A stretch of 64,000 bases of DNA from an uncultured delta proteobacterium. GTDB taxonomy: Bacteria; Myxococcota_A; UBA9160; SMWR01. The DNA is taken from contig CAWHTE010000004.1 in assembly GCA_963832165.1 (NCBI GenBank), positions 128,001-192,000 of the forward strand, in the 5' to 3' direction. Below the pieces are notes generated by a model that had not been told where the DNA came from, did no database searches, and was given only the letters and a program-made list of their open reading frames with translations. Of this stretch, positions 48,963-59,859 are shown in pieces; positions within the stretch are counted from its first letter, which is position 1; each line of letters opens with the position of its first letter. A program made the position numbers and the translations under genes.

Positions 48963-49487
48963 GTGGCGATTCGTGCACCGTCACTGCGTCTGCTCGTCGA
49001 GTGGATCGGGATTGCGATGCTGCTGATCCTCACGGGGCGCGCTGCGGCCTCGGACGAGGAGAAGGCGCCCGCACCCGCGGTGGACCCCGCGCCTCCGGTC
49101 GCCTACGACGCGCTGTTCCGACTCCCGAGCGACAGTGGCGCGAAGCCCACTGAGGGCGCTGCGCTCGACCGCAAGCGCTGGGAAGAGCGATTCACTGCGG
49201 TGCGCACCGATCTGGACGGCGCGCGGGAGCAGCTCGCGAAGTCCCAGGCCGAACTCGAGGCGATGGCCCGCAAGACCGAGAGTTGGCAGATGGCCGCGCC
49301 GGGCGCAAAGGCGAACAGCGAGAACTCGCCCGTGAGCTACAAGCTGCGGCAGGACATCCGCCGCTATCGCGAAGAAGTGGGGCGCGCGGAGCGCCGGCTG
49401 CGCGAGCTCGAGGTGGAGGCGAGCCTCGCGGGTGTGCCGGCGGATTGGCAACAGCCGGCCCATACCGACGCGGCGCCGGGGTCGTAG
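48963..49487 (+). CDS. Hypothetical exported coiled-coil protein
   Basis: N-terminal hydrophobic signal, coiled coil, C-terminal AGVPADW. Confidence 0.65.
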   Translation: MAIRAPSLRLLVEWIGIAMLLILTGRAAASDEEKAPAPAVDPAPPVAYDALFRLPSDSGAKPTEGAALDRKRWEERFTAVRTDLDGAREQLAKSQAELEAMARKTESWQMAAPGAKANSENSPVSYKLRQDIRRYREEVGRAERRLRELEVEASLAGVPADWQQPAHTDAAPGS

Positions 49488-49490
49488 CGA

Positions 49491-50204
49491 TTGGCAGAGC
49501 AGCGCGCGCGGCGGCTGACGCTCAGCTTCGACAACGGCCCGTTCCGCGACGTGACGCCGGGCGTGCTCGATGCGCTCGATGCGGCGCGCGCGACGGCCAC
49601 GTTCTTCGTGTGCGGCAAGGAGGCCAGCGACGCGCAGCGCCGCCCGCTGCTCGAGGCGATTCGCGCGGCGGGACATCGGATCGGGAATCACACGCAGAGC
49701 CACCGCGTGGAGCTGGGCGCGAGCGACGACCCCGACGCGCCGCGCCGCGAGATCGAGGACGCGCAGGCTGCACTGGCCGGTTTCTGCGACGGCGACAAGC
49801 TGTTCCGCCCCTACGGCGCGGGCGGCGTGCTCGGCCCGCGCCTGCTGTCCGCGGCCGCGGTGAGGCATCTGTGCGAGGGCGGCTACACGTGCGTGCTCTG
49901 GAACAGCGTGCCCCGCGACTGGGAAGACGTGACCGGGTGGCCTGATCGAGCCCTGGCCGATCTCAGCGTCAACGATTGGACGCTGCTCGTGCTGCACGAC
50001 ATTCCGAGCGGCGCAATGCGCGTGCTGCCGGAATTCCTCGCGCGCGTGCGCGATGCGGGCGTCGAGCTCACGGCGGAGCTTCCGCCCGCGTGCGTGCCGA
50101 TCCTGCGCGGCCGCGTGGTCGGCTCGCTCGACGGGCTCGTCGCGGATGAAGCTACGAGCGGGTCTCTTCCGATACCGGCTCGATCCAGCGCGCCGCGCGC
50201 GTGA
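49491..50204 (+). CDS. Polysaccharide deacetylase (NodB/CE4) family
   Basis: LSFDNGP, ATFFV, IGNHTQSH, FRPYG, LVLHD. Confidence 0.85.
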   Translation: MAEQRARRLTLSFDNGPFRDVTPGVLDALDAARATATFFVCGKEASDAQRRPLLEAIRAAGHRIGNHTQSHRVELGASDDPDAPRREIEDAQAALAGFCDGDKLFRPYGAGGVLGPRLLSAAAVRHLCEGGYTCVLWNSVPRDWEDVTGWPDRALADLSVNDWTLLVLHDIPSGAMRVLPEFLARVRDAGVELTAELPPACVPILRGRVVGSLDGLVADEATSGSLPIPARSSAPRA

Positions 50205-51348
50205 GGAACGCGAACGCGGGCGCCGCGAACGCGGCCGTGAGCGCGAAGTAGCTGGCGTAGCCGGTCGCCTCGGTGATCCGGCCCGAGCCGCTTGCGAGCA
50301 GCGTGCCCACGGACGCGTACAGACCCGTGAGCACCGCGTACTGCACGGCCGCGTGCTCGCGCTCGCAGATCCGCATCAGGTACGACACGAACGCGGCGCC
50401 CACCGCGCCGCTGCTCACCGCCTCGAGCATCGACGCGACGTACACGCCGAGGCGTCCGCTCTCGGGCCACGCGGCGGCCGCGGCGTAGACGAGGTTCGAC
50501 GCAAGAGCGAGCGCTCCCGTCGCCCACAGCGCCGGAACGATCCCGGCGCGCGCCACGCACCAGCCGCCCGCGATCGCGCCCGCGATCGTCGCACCCGCGC
50601 CGAGCAGATTCGCGAGCAGCGCGAGCTCGGTGTCGCTGAAGCCGCGGTCGACCCAGAACGTGGGAAGCATCGGTCCCATGGCCTTGTCGCCGATCCGGAA
50701 CAGGATCACGAACGCGACCACGGGCACCACGCCCGGGCGCGCGAGCCACGTGCGCAGCGAGTGCAGCGGCTTGCGCTCGGCCGGTGCCGGCAGCGCGATC
50801 GGTGGCGTCAGCGCGAGCGCTGCGGCGAACCCAGCCGTGATCACAGCCGCAACGAGGAAGGTCTCGCTCCATCCGATCCACGCCGGCAGCAGCAGGAGCC
50901 CGCTTCCCGACGCGGCGAGCCCGACGCGATAGGCCGTGGTCCGCACGGCGTTGGCGGGACCTTCGCGGCCGCGGTCGACGAGTCCGATCGTGTAGCCGTC
51001 GATCGCGATGTCCTGCGTCGCGGACGCGATGCAGTACACCGCGAGCACGGCCGTGAGCGCGGCGCCGATCGGATTCGCGGGCAGCGCTGCGAGCGCCGCG
51101 AGCGCGGCGGCCATCGCGAGGAGCGCGCCGCGGATCCAGTCCTGGCGCGAGCCGAATCGCTCCACGAGCGGCGACCACAACGGCTTCGCGGTCCACGCGA
51201 AGCCCAGCGCGGCAAGCAGCCCGATCTCCGTCAGCGATACCCCGTGCCGGCGGAAGTACACGGAGAGGACGTGCTGATACACGCCCATCGGATAGCCCTC
51301 GATCACATAGACGAGTGCGACGACCGCGAGCTGACGGCGCAGGTCCAC
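50152..51348 (-). CDS. AmpG-like MFS permease
   Basis: WTAKPLWSPLVE, SATQDIAIDGY, AVQYAVL; multiple TM helices. Confidence 0.85.
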   Translation of the reverse strand: MDLRRQLAVVALVYVIEGYPMGVYQHVLSVYFRRHGVSLTEIGLLAALGFAWTAKPLWSPLVERFGSRQDWIRGALLAMAAALAALAALPANPIGAALTAVLAVYCIASATQDIAIDGYTIGLVDRGREGPANAVRTTAYRVGLAASGSGLLLLPAWIGWSETFLVAAVITAGFAAALALTPPIALPAPAERKPLHSLRTWLARPGVVPVVAFVILFRIGDKAMGPMLPTFWVDRGFSDTELALLANLLGAGATIAGAIAGGWCVARAGIVPALWATGALALASNLVYAAAAAWPESGRLGVYVASMLEAVSSGAVGAAFVSYLMRICEREHAAVQYAVLTGLYASVGTLLASGSGRITEATGYASYFALTAAFAAPAFAFLTRAARWIEPVSEETRS

Positions 51349-51393
51349 TCGATCCCCCCCTGCGAGACCCCTGCGAGACGCTAGGTTAATTGG

Positions 51394-52233
51394 ATGTATA
51401 CGGGCCAGTTCGCGGACGACGAGGCGCTGTGCGCGCACGCGGGCATCGATGCATCGATTCCGGCGCGCGAGGGGTTGTTCCGCGAAGACGGTTGGCTGCG
51501 GCGCGTGGGTCGCGAGCCCGCGGTGCTGTTCGGCGGCGGGTGCGCTCTGCTGCTCGAGGTGGCCCATCCGCTGGTCGCGGCCGGTGTCGCCGAGCACTCC
51601 GATTTCCGGCGCGATCCGTTCGGGCGCCTGCAGCGGACACTCGCGGCGGTCACGGCGCTCGCACACGAGCCGCGCGACAAGGCGCTCGCGGCGGCGCGCG
51701 GAGTTGCGCGCGCGCATGAGCGCGTGCGCGGAACGCTACCCACCGCGGTCGGCCCGTTCGCGGCGGGGACGAGCTATTACGGACGCGACCCCGACCTCGT
51801 GTTGTGGGTGTGGGCGACGCTCGTCGACACGGCACTCGCGGTCTACCGCGACTTCGTGGGACCGCTCGGTGACTCGGCGCTCGCGGAGTACCACCGCGAT
51901 CAACGCTCGCTCGCGCTGCTGCTCGGTGCACCCGCCGACCGCACGCCCGGCGACCCCTCGTCGTTCCGGCGCTGGTTCGACGACGTCCTCGCCGGGGACA
52001 CGCTCACGGTCGGTGAGACCGGGCGCGATATCGCTCGCGCGGTGCTCGAAGGTCCGGGCGTTCAGCGCGGCCCCGTTCCGCTGATCACAGCCGCGCTGTT
52101 GCCCCCGCGGCTGCGCCGCGATTTCGGGCTCGCGTGGAACGACGACCGGGAGCGCCGCTACCGCGAGCTCGTGGCCGGCGTACACGCGCTGCGGCCCGCG
52201 TCGCCCGTCGACGCGCACGGCGAGTGCCGCTAG
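51394..52233 (+). CDS. DUF2236 / MpaB-like oxygenase family protein
   Basis: LLEVAHPLVAAGVAEHS, RLQRT, DPDLVLWVWATL. Confidence 0.85.
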   Translation: MYTGQFADDEALCAHAGIDASIPAREGLFREDGWLRRVGREPAVLFGGGCALLLEVAHPLVAAGVAEHSDFRRDPFGRLQRTLAAVTALAHEPRDKALAAARGVARAHERVRGTLPTAVGPFAAGTSYYGRDPDLVLWVWATLVDTALAVYRDFVGPLGDSALAEYHRDQRSLALLLGAPADRTPGDPSSFRRWFDDVLAGDTLTVGETGRDIARAVLEGPGVQRGPVPLITAALLPPRLRRDFGLAWNDDRERRYRELVAGVHALRPASPVDAHGECR

Positions 52234-52262
52234 GCTCCGCGCCGCTTGCCACCGGAGGGCGC

Positions 52263-52406
52263 ATGGGACCGGGACCCGAAGACGAAGAACCGCGCGGCCG
52301 GGTCGACGTCGTCTCTCTGCTGTACATCTTCGGCGGGATTCCCGTCATCGTGCTCTATCTCGTGGTGCTGTTCGCGTTCGCGCGCTCCTGTAACGCGCCG
52401 GCGTAG
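52263..52406 (+). CDS. Small single-TM protein (47 aa)
   Basis: GGAGGG RBS; VSLLYIFGGIPVIVLYLVVLFAFA hydrophobic stretch. Confidence 0.6.
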   Translation: MGPGPEDEEPRGRVDVVSLLYIFGGIPVIVLYLVVLFAFARSCNAPA

Positions 52407-52555
52407 CGCCAGGCCCACGACCGGTTCGTTTTCCGGCAGCGCCCCGGCAAGAGTCGCGCTGGTTGCGCGTCGTGCAACGGAATCGCCGCGATCCGATAAA
52501 AGCACGCAATATCAGGTGCTTAGGTATCCGGCTCTAGACGCCGATACAACCTCGC

Positions 52556-53263
52556 ATGTGGTTGGGAAGCGGGAAGGTTGGATATTCCCGGGCTGCGCTC
52601 GCGCTGCTGTTCGGCAGCGTGCTCTTGCTCGCGGTCGGTGGCTGCCGCACGGTGATGCCGCAGGAGAACCACCTCAGCTACTTCGCGGCTCCGGCGCCCG
52701 ATGACGCGTGGAGCCGAAAGATCCGTGGCTGGCAGCAGCGCGAGCAGGTCGCGCACGCGGGTCCGGCTCCCGTGGCTGCGGAGCCGCCGCGCGTCGATCC
52801 CGCCGAGCGCGGCGTGCTGCGCGACAAGTACAACGAGTTCATCTCCGCGCGGAAGCGCGAGGTCGCGAGCGAGCTCGCCACCTGGATCCAGGAACAGTCG
52901 CGCGATCACTACATCCCCGACGGGGCCGTCGATCACTGGGCCACGTTCGAGGAGACGTTCAAGAACAACGGCGACGACTGCGACGGCCTCGAGCTGCTCG
53001 CGTATAACTTCCTGCTCGAGCTCGGCTTCGGCGAGAACGAGGTCTTTCGCGCCATCGTCGTGCGCCCCTCCGACGGGCAGCACCACATGGTCACGCTCTG
53101 GTTCGAGAGCCCGAACGATCCCTGGGTGATCGATCCCACGGGCGCGATGACCACGGGCATGCCGCGGATGTCGCAGGTTCCGGGCTGGAAGCCGCTCAAG
53201 GTGTTCAGCGAGAAGCGCGACTACACCGTCGCTCCGAGCTCGCTCCACACCGCCGCGCGCTAG
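52556..53263 (+). CDS. Transglutaminase-like cysteine peptidase (BTLCP/LapG-like), probable lipoprotein
   Basis: Lipobox-like VGGC; DHWAT, GDDCDG (Cys), HMV (His), WVIDP (Asp). Confidence 0.78.
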   Translation: MWLGSGKVGYSRAALALLFGSVLLLAVGGCRTVMPQENHLSYFAAPAPDDAWSRKIRGWQQREQVAHAGPAPVAAEPPRVDPAERGVLRDKYNEFISARKREVASELATWIQEQSRDHYIPDGAVDHWATFEETFKNNGDDCDGLELLAYNFLLELGFGENEVFRAIVVRPSDGQHHMVTLWFESPNDPWVIDPTGAMTTGMPRMSQVPGWKPLKVFSEKRDYTVAPSSLHTAAR

Positions 53264-55308
53264 CTACTCGTCTTCGCCTTCGAGGTCGAGCTGCTTGCGC
53301 TGTTGATCGGCCCGCTCGCGCGCCCGCTGCCGCTCGCGCTCGATCTCCGCCTGCAGCGCGCGCCGGATCTCCTCGTTGCGCTCGCGCTCCCGGTCGAGGC
53401 GCTGCTGGCGCGCGATCAGCAGGCAGTCCTCGAGCAGCCGATTGCGCTGCACGACCAGGTCGACGGGCAGCTCGGGGTCCTTGGCACCGTCGACGAGTGA
53501 TACCTCGATGCGGCGCTCGGCCTTTGCGCCTTCTTCGGCCAGCGCCGTCGCGCGGATCGTGTTGGCGCCCGGCTCGAGCGCGAGAAAACCCGCCCACGAG
53601 CCGTCTGCGGCGAGCCGGAACGGGCGCGCCTCGACGCGCGTCTTCGCCTGCACGAGTGTGACCTTCTCGACGTCGGCGAAGCGGACCTGCTCGACGATGT
53701 CGGCGAGTTCGCCCGGCGTGCGCACGGGGGTGAAGTAGCCGTGCGTGCGGCTGGCCATCTCCACGGCCGCGATCGGACCCGCGAGTGCCTCGGGCCCGAT
53801 CGCAAACGAGTGGATTCGGATGTTCGCGCGCTGCGCGCGGTTCGCGGCGCGCAGCACGGCGCGCACGTTGTCGGCTTCGCGATCCGGGTACGGCAGCGTC
53901 GGCTGCCCGTCCGTGAAGAAGAACACGACCTTCTCGTGGTCCGGCTCCGGCTTCGATCGCGCGCCGCGGAAGCCCATCAGCTCGATCGTGGCTTGATCGA
54001 CGCCGGCGGACATGTGGGTGTTGCCGTTCGGTCCGGTGTTCAACAGCTCGTCGAGTCCGCGCTCGATCGCGGCGAAGTCGCGCGTGAGCGCTGCAACCGT
54101 GAATGCGGGCTTGCGCGTCGAACCCGAGCCGGGCGGCTCGCCCGCGAACGCCACGAGACCGACGCGAGTGCTGCGCGGATCGAGGCCCGCGAGCACGCGC
54201 CTCGCGGCAGCCACTTCCGCGGCGAGGATCGAGTCGCCCTTGTCGGTGAGACCCGCACCGACCGCCGCTCCGAGCTCTCCGAATACCGGCTCGCCGATCT
54301 CGCCATTGCCGTTCACGTCGGTTCCGGCCGCATCGAGCGTCGAGCGCGAGGTGTCGATCACGACCATCACGTCGAAGCGGCGCGGCGCCCCGCGTGTCGC
54401 TTGCGCGCGGCCGGCCACGAAGGTCCCGCACACGGTCGACGACACCTGGGCGCCCTCGCGCGGGTACTCGATCGATAGATCGAGGTTCGTGGCCTTTCCG
54501 GCGGTCGGCTGGATCAAGGGGCGGCGAGGCGCTGGTGCGGCGGGCTTCGCGGGTGCGTCCGTCTTGGCCGCGGCAGGTGCAGGCGCCGCGTCGCGAACGC
54601 GGCGAAGCGGCGGCCCTTGCCACCGTCGAGCGGTTCGCGCAGCGCGTCGATGACTCCGCCGATCGGCGCCGCGAGCACGCTCGTCACTCCGTCGCCGGGC
54701 ACCGCGGCCTCGACGATGCCCACGACGTGATTCGTATCGGCCGCGAGCACGGGCGCGCCGCCCCAGCCTTCGAGAGAGCCCGCACGGTCGAGCTGAATCT
54801 GGATCCGCTCTGCGGTGGACGCGGTGACCGTGCCGAGCAGCTCCTGCTCGTGTTTCTTGCCCTCGCCGGGCCCGAGCACGCGCACGCGTGCGCCCGACGC
54901 GATCAGGCCCCGCGTATCGGCCGCGAGCGCGCGCACGCCGCGCGGCTTGGCCGTGAGCAGAAACACCGCGTAGTCCTCGCGTACCGTTCCTTCGGCGGCG
55001 TTGAAGGGTCGACCCGGCGCGACGGCATAGCGCTCCGACACCGCGACCTGCGCGAGCGAGCCGGGCAGTGCGAGCTCCATTCGCTGCGCGCGCGCGAGTG
55101 CCTCGGGCGCGGTCGTGTGCGCGGTGCCCACCGCCACCATGCCGGCCGCCACCTTGGCCTCGAGGAAGAACACGACGCCGCGAGCATGGGCGGGGGAACT
55201 CCCGATCCGCGCGAGGCCCGGACGTGCGATTGCGGGCGCTTCGGCGCTCGACGCGGCAGTGGCGAGCAGTCCCGTGACCGCCGCTGCCAGGAACGTGAAA
55301 CCTCGCAC
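53264..55308 (-). CDS. Secreted trypsin-like domain plus vWA-domain protein; frameshift near 54590
   Basis: Signal peptide, TAH / DYAV / GWGGAP in ORF 54514..55380; IDTSRST, FTDGQP and C-terminal coiled coil in ORF 53264.. Confidence 0.7.
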
Positions 55309-55511
55309 CAGCCCTCCACAGCCAATCGGCACACGCGGCTCGCAACCGCGCGTGATACGATCGGCGAAACCACCCCCCACCTGAACGCGAGAAGCCCAGC
55401 GAGACTGCCTCCCGCCCGGTCCTCGAGACCGCGGTTGATGGTGCGTTCAGTGCCCCGAGCCTACCTCCGCCCGATGCGCGCGCGAGGATAAGCGAGATCG
55501 GCAAGAGCGCT

Positions 55512-56400
55512 GTGGACGGCGGAGAGGCGACGCTCGAAACGGGTACGAGCTCCGCGTTGCCCGAGGGCATGCGCCGCGCGCTCGGCGCGCTGCGCGCAGA
55601 GGGCGCGCCCTTGTCGCCCGTCGAGCTCGCGCGCCGGCTGCTCGCCCTCGACGGCGTGCCTTCGGCACCGATCGCACGGCGTCTGGTCGCGGGCCTGCTC
55701 GGCGCGCGGGCCGAGTCGCTCCCGGAGGAGATCCCGCCGCGCGCGCTGCGACCCGCCGAGGAGAGCGCGGTGGCCGCGACGCCGCTCGCGCAGGCCGGCT
55801 TCGTGGTCGTCGACGTCGAGACCACCGGGCTCTCCAGCGCGCGCGATGTGATCATCGAGATCGGCGCGGTGCGCGTCGAGTGCCTGTGCGCCACGTCGCA
55901 GATTCGAAACCCTGGTCCGGCCCCCGGGACCGGGCCCGCTCTCCGCGGCGATCATCGCGCTCACGGGGATCGACGACGCGCTGCTCGCGCCGGCTCCGCC
56001 CGCACACCGCGCGCTCGCGCGATTTGCGAGCTGGCTCGGCGAGGCGCACGGCGCGCCGTGGGTGGCCCACAATGCGCGCTTCGACAGCACGTTCCTGCGC
56101 CGCGCGTTCGAGGGGCAGGGCGCGCGCGCACCGGCCGTCGCGGTGCTGTGTACCCAGCGGCTCGCGCGGCGTCTGTTGCCGCGGCTCGGTCGCTACGACC
56201 TCGACCACGTCTGCGCGCAGTTCGGCGTGGGCAACCGCGCGCGCCACCGCGCGCTCGGCGACGCCGAGGCCACCGCGCGCGTGTGGATCGAGCTGCTCGG
56301 TGTGGCCGCTGCGCGCGGCGTCGAGACGATTGGCGATCTGCTCGATCTCCAGGAGACGCCGGTGCGCCGCCGACGTCGCCGGCGCTCGTCCACGGCCTAA
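55512..56400 (+). CDS. DEDDh 3'-5' exonuclease (DnaQ/PolC-like); frameshift near 55900
   Basis: VDVETTG, IIEIGAV in the first frame; LTGI, VAHNARFD, HRALGDA in the second frame. Confidence 0.85.
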
Positions 56401-57014
56401 TCACTCGCGCGCGGAAATTCCTGCTCGCGGGTCTTGTTGCCGCGCTGGTAGACCGCGACTTTGCGCGTCGTTCCGTCCTCGTACCAGCCGGTCCAGGTGC
56501 CGTCGAACGCGCCGCGATCGAACGAGCCCTCCGACTGCTTCTGGCCGTTCTCGTAGTAGGCGATCGCGCGACCGTGGCGCTCTCCGTTGGCGTAGCGCTC
56601 CTCGAAGCGGAGCTGCCCGTTCGGATACCACTCCTTCGAGGTGCCGTGGAGCTCGCCGGCGCGATATTCCTGGCTGCGCGCGCGCGTGCCGTCGGGATAC
56701 CAGACCTCCCAGAGCCCCTCCCGCCGATCGTTCTGATAGGCGCCCGACATCGCAGCTCGTCCGTTCTCGTGCCAGGTCCGATAGGTGCCCTGCATCGCGC
56801 CGTGCTCGAAGTGGGCCTCGACCCGGCGCCGGCTCTGCTCGTCCCAGGCGACGCTCGGGCCGTGCTGGCGCTGTTGCGCATCCTCGCACCACTGGCGCTG
56901 GCCCGCGGGCGGAGCCTCCCCGCGGATCTCGGCGCCGGCAGGGCAAGCCATCTCGCCCGCCAGCGCGAGCTGTGGGAGCGCGAGCGTCCAGAGGAGCGCG
57001 AGCGCGCGACTCAT
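56397..57014 (-). CDS. Exported MORN-variant repeat protein (YwqK-like)
   Basis: Signal peptide; repeated W(Y/H)xNG...G.Y units. Confidence 0.8.
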   Translation of the reverse strand: MSRALALLWTLALPQLALAGEMACPAGAEIRGEAPPAGQRQWCEDAQQRQHGPSVAWDEQSRRRVEAHFEHGAMQGTYRTWHENGRAAMSGAYQNDRREGLWEVWYPDGTRARSQEYRAGELHGTSKEWYPNGQLRFEERYANGERHGRAIAYYENGQKQSEGSFDRGAFDGTWTGWYEDGTTRKVAVYQRGNKTREQEFPRASD

Positions 57015-57107
57015 GACTCGCGCGACATTGACCGAGACGATGGCGAATCGCAAGCGCAATGGATTCGTCCGATGCGTTACGTTGGCGGCCGTGTCCGGGG
57101 GGAGCGC

Positions 57108-57917
57108 GTGAGACGATTTCCGAGTGCGAACCGGAGCCGGTGCCTCGCTGCTGCCGCGCTCGCACTCGCCATGGCCACGCCCGCGTCGGCCGCGGAGCGA
57201 TTCGACACGGTCGTCATCGACGCGGGTCACGGTGGCTCCGACATCGGCGCGAAGGGCTTCTCGCGCGCGCTCGAAAAGGATGTCGCCCTCGCGGTGGCGC
57301 GGAATCTCGCCGCGCGGCTGCGCGCGCGCGGCTTGAAGGTGGTCATGACGCGCGACGCCGACGTACGCGTCCCGCTCGAGCAACGGACGGCGATCGCGAA
57401 CGACGCGCGCGGCGATCTGTTCGTCTCGATCCACGCCAACGCGTCGCCCGACGCGAGCATCCACGGCAGCGAGACGTACTTCCTCGCACTCGAAGCGAGT
57501 GACTCCGGCGCCGCGGGAGTCGCGCAGCGCGAGAACAGCGCGTTCGCCACGGAGGGCGATCCCGAGATCGATGCGCTGTCGGATCCGTTCATCGCGCTGC
57601 TCGGCGACCTGATCTCGACCGAGCACCTCGACGAATCGAGCGCGTTCGCACAGCGCGTGCAGCAGGAGTTCGGGCGCATGCCCGTGAAGTCTCGCGGCGT
57701 GAAGCAGGCGCTGTTCGTCGTGCTTGCGGGCGTGCAGATGCCCGCCGCGCTCGTGGAGATCGGCTTCGTGACCCATGCCGGTGACGAGGGCATGATGAGC
57801 GGCACCGAGGGGCGGAAGGCGATCGTGGAATCGCTCGAGAAGGCGGTCGTCGCGTTCGGCGAGCGCTACGATGCGCGCCGCGGCCTGGGTTCGACGGCGG
57901 CCCCTGCGGCACGCTGA
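57108..57917 (+). CDS. N-acetylmuramoyl-L-alanine amidase (Amidase_3)
   Basis: VIDAGHGG, EKDV, FVSIHAN, ALVEIGF; signal peptide. Confidence 0.92.
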   Translation: MRRFPSANRSRCLAAAALALAMATPASAAERFDTVVIDAGHGGSDIGAKGFSRALEKDVALAVARNLAARLRARGLKVVMTRDADVRVPLEQRTAIANDARGDLFVSIHANASPDASIHGSETYFLALEASDSGAAGVAQRENSAFATEGDPEIDALSDPFIALLGDLISTEHLDESSAFAQRVQQEFGRMPVKSRGVKQALFVVLAGVQMPAALVEIGFVTHAGDEGMMSGTEGRKAIVESLEKAVVAFGERYDARRGLGSTAAPAAR

Positions 57918-57932
57918 GCGTCGGGGTGACAA

Positions 57933-58658
57933 GTGAGGAGCGACGGCCGCGCAGCCGACGCGCTGCGCGCGGTTCGATTCGAGGTGGACTTCACCGAGCA
58001 GCCGCTGTGCTCGGTGCTGTGCCGCGTCGGACGCACGACCGTGCTGTGCACGGTCTGCGAGGAATCCGGCGTGCCGCGTTTCCTCGCGGGCAGCGGGCGC
58101 GGCTGGCTGACCGCCGAGTACTCGATGCTTCCGGGCGCCACCGATACGCGCGGGGAGCGCGAAGCGTCGCGCGGGCGACCCTCGGGCCGGACCCAGGAGA
58201 TCCAGCGCCTGATCGGACGCAGCCTGCGTGCGGTCGTCGATCTCGAAGCGCTCGGCGAGCGCACGCTGTGGGTCGATTGCGACGTGCTCCAGGCGGATGG
58301 CGGGACGCGCTGCGCCTCGATCACGGGCGCTTCCGTGGCGCTCTCGATCGCGGGGGCGCGGCTCGTCGCGCGCGGCGCGCTCGCGCGCAACCCCGTGCGC
58401 GACTCGGTGTCCGCGGTGTCGGTCGGAATCGTGAAGGGCGAGCTGCTGCTCGACCTGCCGTACGCGGAAGACGCGGGCGCCGAGGTCGACATGAACGTGA
58501 TCGCGACCGGCGCGGGGCGATTCGTGGAAGTGCAGGGAACCGGGGAGCAGGGCACGTTCTCGCCCGACGAGCTCGCGAGGCTCACCGAGCTCGCGCTGCG
58601 CGGCACCGCGGAGCTCGCGCGCTTGCAGGCGCGCGCGGTCGCGGGGGCAGCGGGTTGA
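57933..58658 (+). CDS. rph: Ribonuclease PH
   Basis: GWLTAEYSMLP, GRTQEIQRLIGRSLR, QADGGTR, EVQGTGE. Confidence 0.96.
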   Translation: MRSDGRAADALRAVRFEVDFTEQPLCSVLCRVGRTTVLCTVCEESGVPRFLAGSGRGWLTAEYSMLPGATDTRGEREASRGRPSGRTQEIQRLIGRSLRAVVDLEALGERTLWVDCDVLQADGGTRCASITGASVALSIAGARLVARGALARNPVRDSVSAVSVGIVKGELLLDLPYAEDAGAEVDMNVIATGAGRFVEVQGTGEQGTFSPDELARLTELALRGTAELARLQARAVAGAAG

Positions 58659-59816
58659 ACGCTCCTGCCGTGGGCGGCCCCGTGCTCGTGGTCGCGACGC
58701 AGAACCCCGGCAAGCTGCGCGAGATCCGCGAGATCCTCGCAGACGCGCCCGTGTTGCTTCAGTCGCTCGCGGATTTTCCCGAGGTCGCACTGCCCGAAGA
58801 GGGCCATGACTACACCGCGAACGCGGCCGCGAAGGCGAGGGCGGTGGCGCGCGCTACGGGCCGCGCAGCGATCGCAGACGATTCGGGGCTCGAGGTCGAT
58901 GCGCTCGCGGGCGGGCCGGGTCCGCACTCGGCGCGCTACGGCGGGCCCGGCCTCGACGACGCGGGACGCGCCGCGCGTCTTCTGCACGAGATCGCTGCAG
59001 TGCGGAACGGTCGAGCGCGGGGCGCGCTTCGTGTGCGTGGCGGCGCTCGCGACACCCGACGGAGCGGTCGAAACCGCCCGCGGCGAGTGCGAGGGCGAGA
59101 TCCTCGCGGCGCCGCGCGGCAGTGGTGGCTTCGGCTACGACCCGGTGTTCCGGCCGCGCGGCGAAGCGGTCTCGATGGCGGAGCTCTCCACCCAGCGCAA
59201 GAACGAGATCTCGCACCGCGCGATCGCGTTTCGCGCGCTGCGCGCCGGGATCGCGCGCGCGGTGGCAAGCGCCCCCACCACGTTCGTGCTGATCCGCCAC
59301 GCCGAGTCGGTCTGGAACGCGCAGGACCGCTGGCAGGGGCACGCCGATCCGCCGCTGTCCGAGCGCGGCGTCGCGCAGGCGCGGGGGCTGGCGCCGATGC
59401 TCGCCTCCGACCGCGCGGACGCGCTCCTGTGCAGCGATCTCTCGCGCGCGCGCCAGACCGCGGAGATCCTGGGCGCGGCGCTCGGGCTCGCGCCGCGCTC
59501 TGATGCGCGTCTGCGCGAGCTCGACGTCGGATGCTGGGCCGGTCTCACGCGCGCGGAGATCGAGGCACTCGATCCAGAGCTGCTGCGCCACTTCGAAACC
59601 GAGGATCCCGCAGTGCGCGCGGGGGGCGGTGAGTCGCGTGCTGAGATTCGCGCGCGCGTGCGCACCGCATTCCGCGCGCTCGCGAACGAGCATCCGGGCG
59701 CGCGTCTGATCGTCGTGACCCATCTCGGTGTCGTGCGCGCGCTGCGGCCCGGCGCCGAGCTCGAGAACGGCGAGTGGATCTCGGTCTCCGCCGCGGAGCT
59801 ACCCGAACCGGAGTGA
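58655..59816 (+). CDS. rdgB: RdgB/HAM1 non-canonical purine NTP pyrophosphatase, apparently fused to a histidine phosphatase; frameshift near 59005
   Basis: ATQNPGK, ADDSGL, SARY; then GFGYDPVF, KNEISHR; same frame continues into LIRHAES, SDLSRARQT, LRE, VTH. Confidence 0.8.
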
Positions 59817-59859
59817 GCTCCTGATCGCGCGTGCGTTAGTCGACGCTCGCATACACGAC

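Noticed and set aside
52500..52522. IHF-like / palindromic site (AAGCAC...GTGCTT; TATCAGGTGCTTA) upstream of the peptidase
   Set aside because: A single degenerate match with no supporting sigma-54 or recombination context
55512..57917. Apparent exonuclease-amidase fusion ORF (801 aa)
   Set aside because: Produced by the frameshift at ~55900; the middle is antisense to the MORN-repeat gene, and each gene has its own end or start
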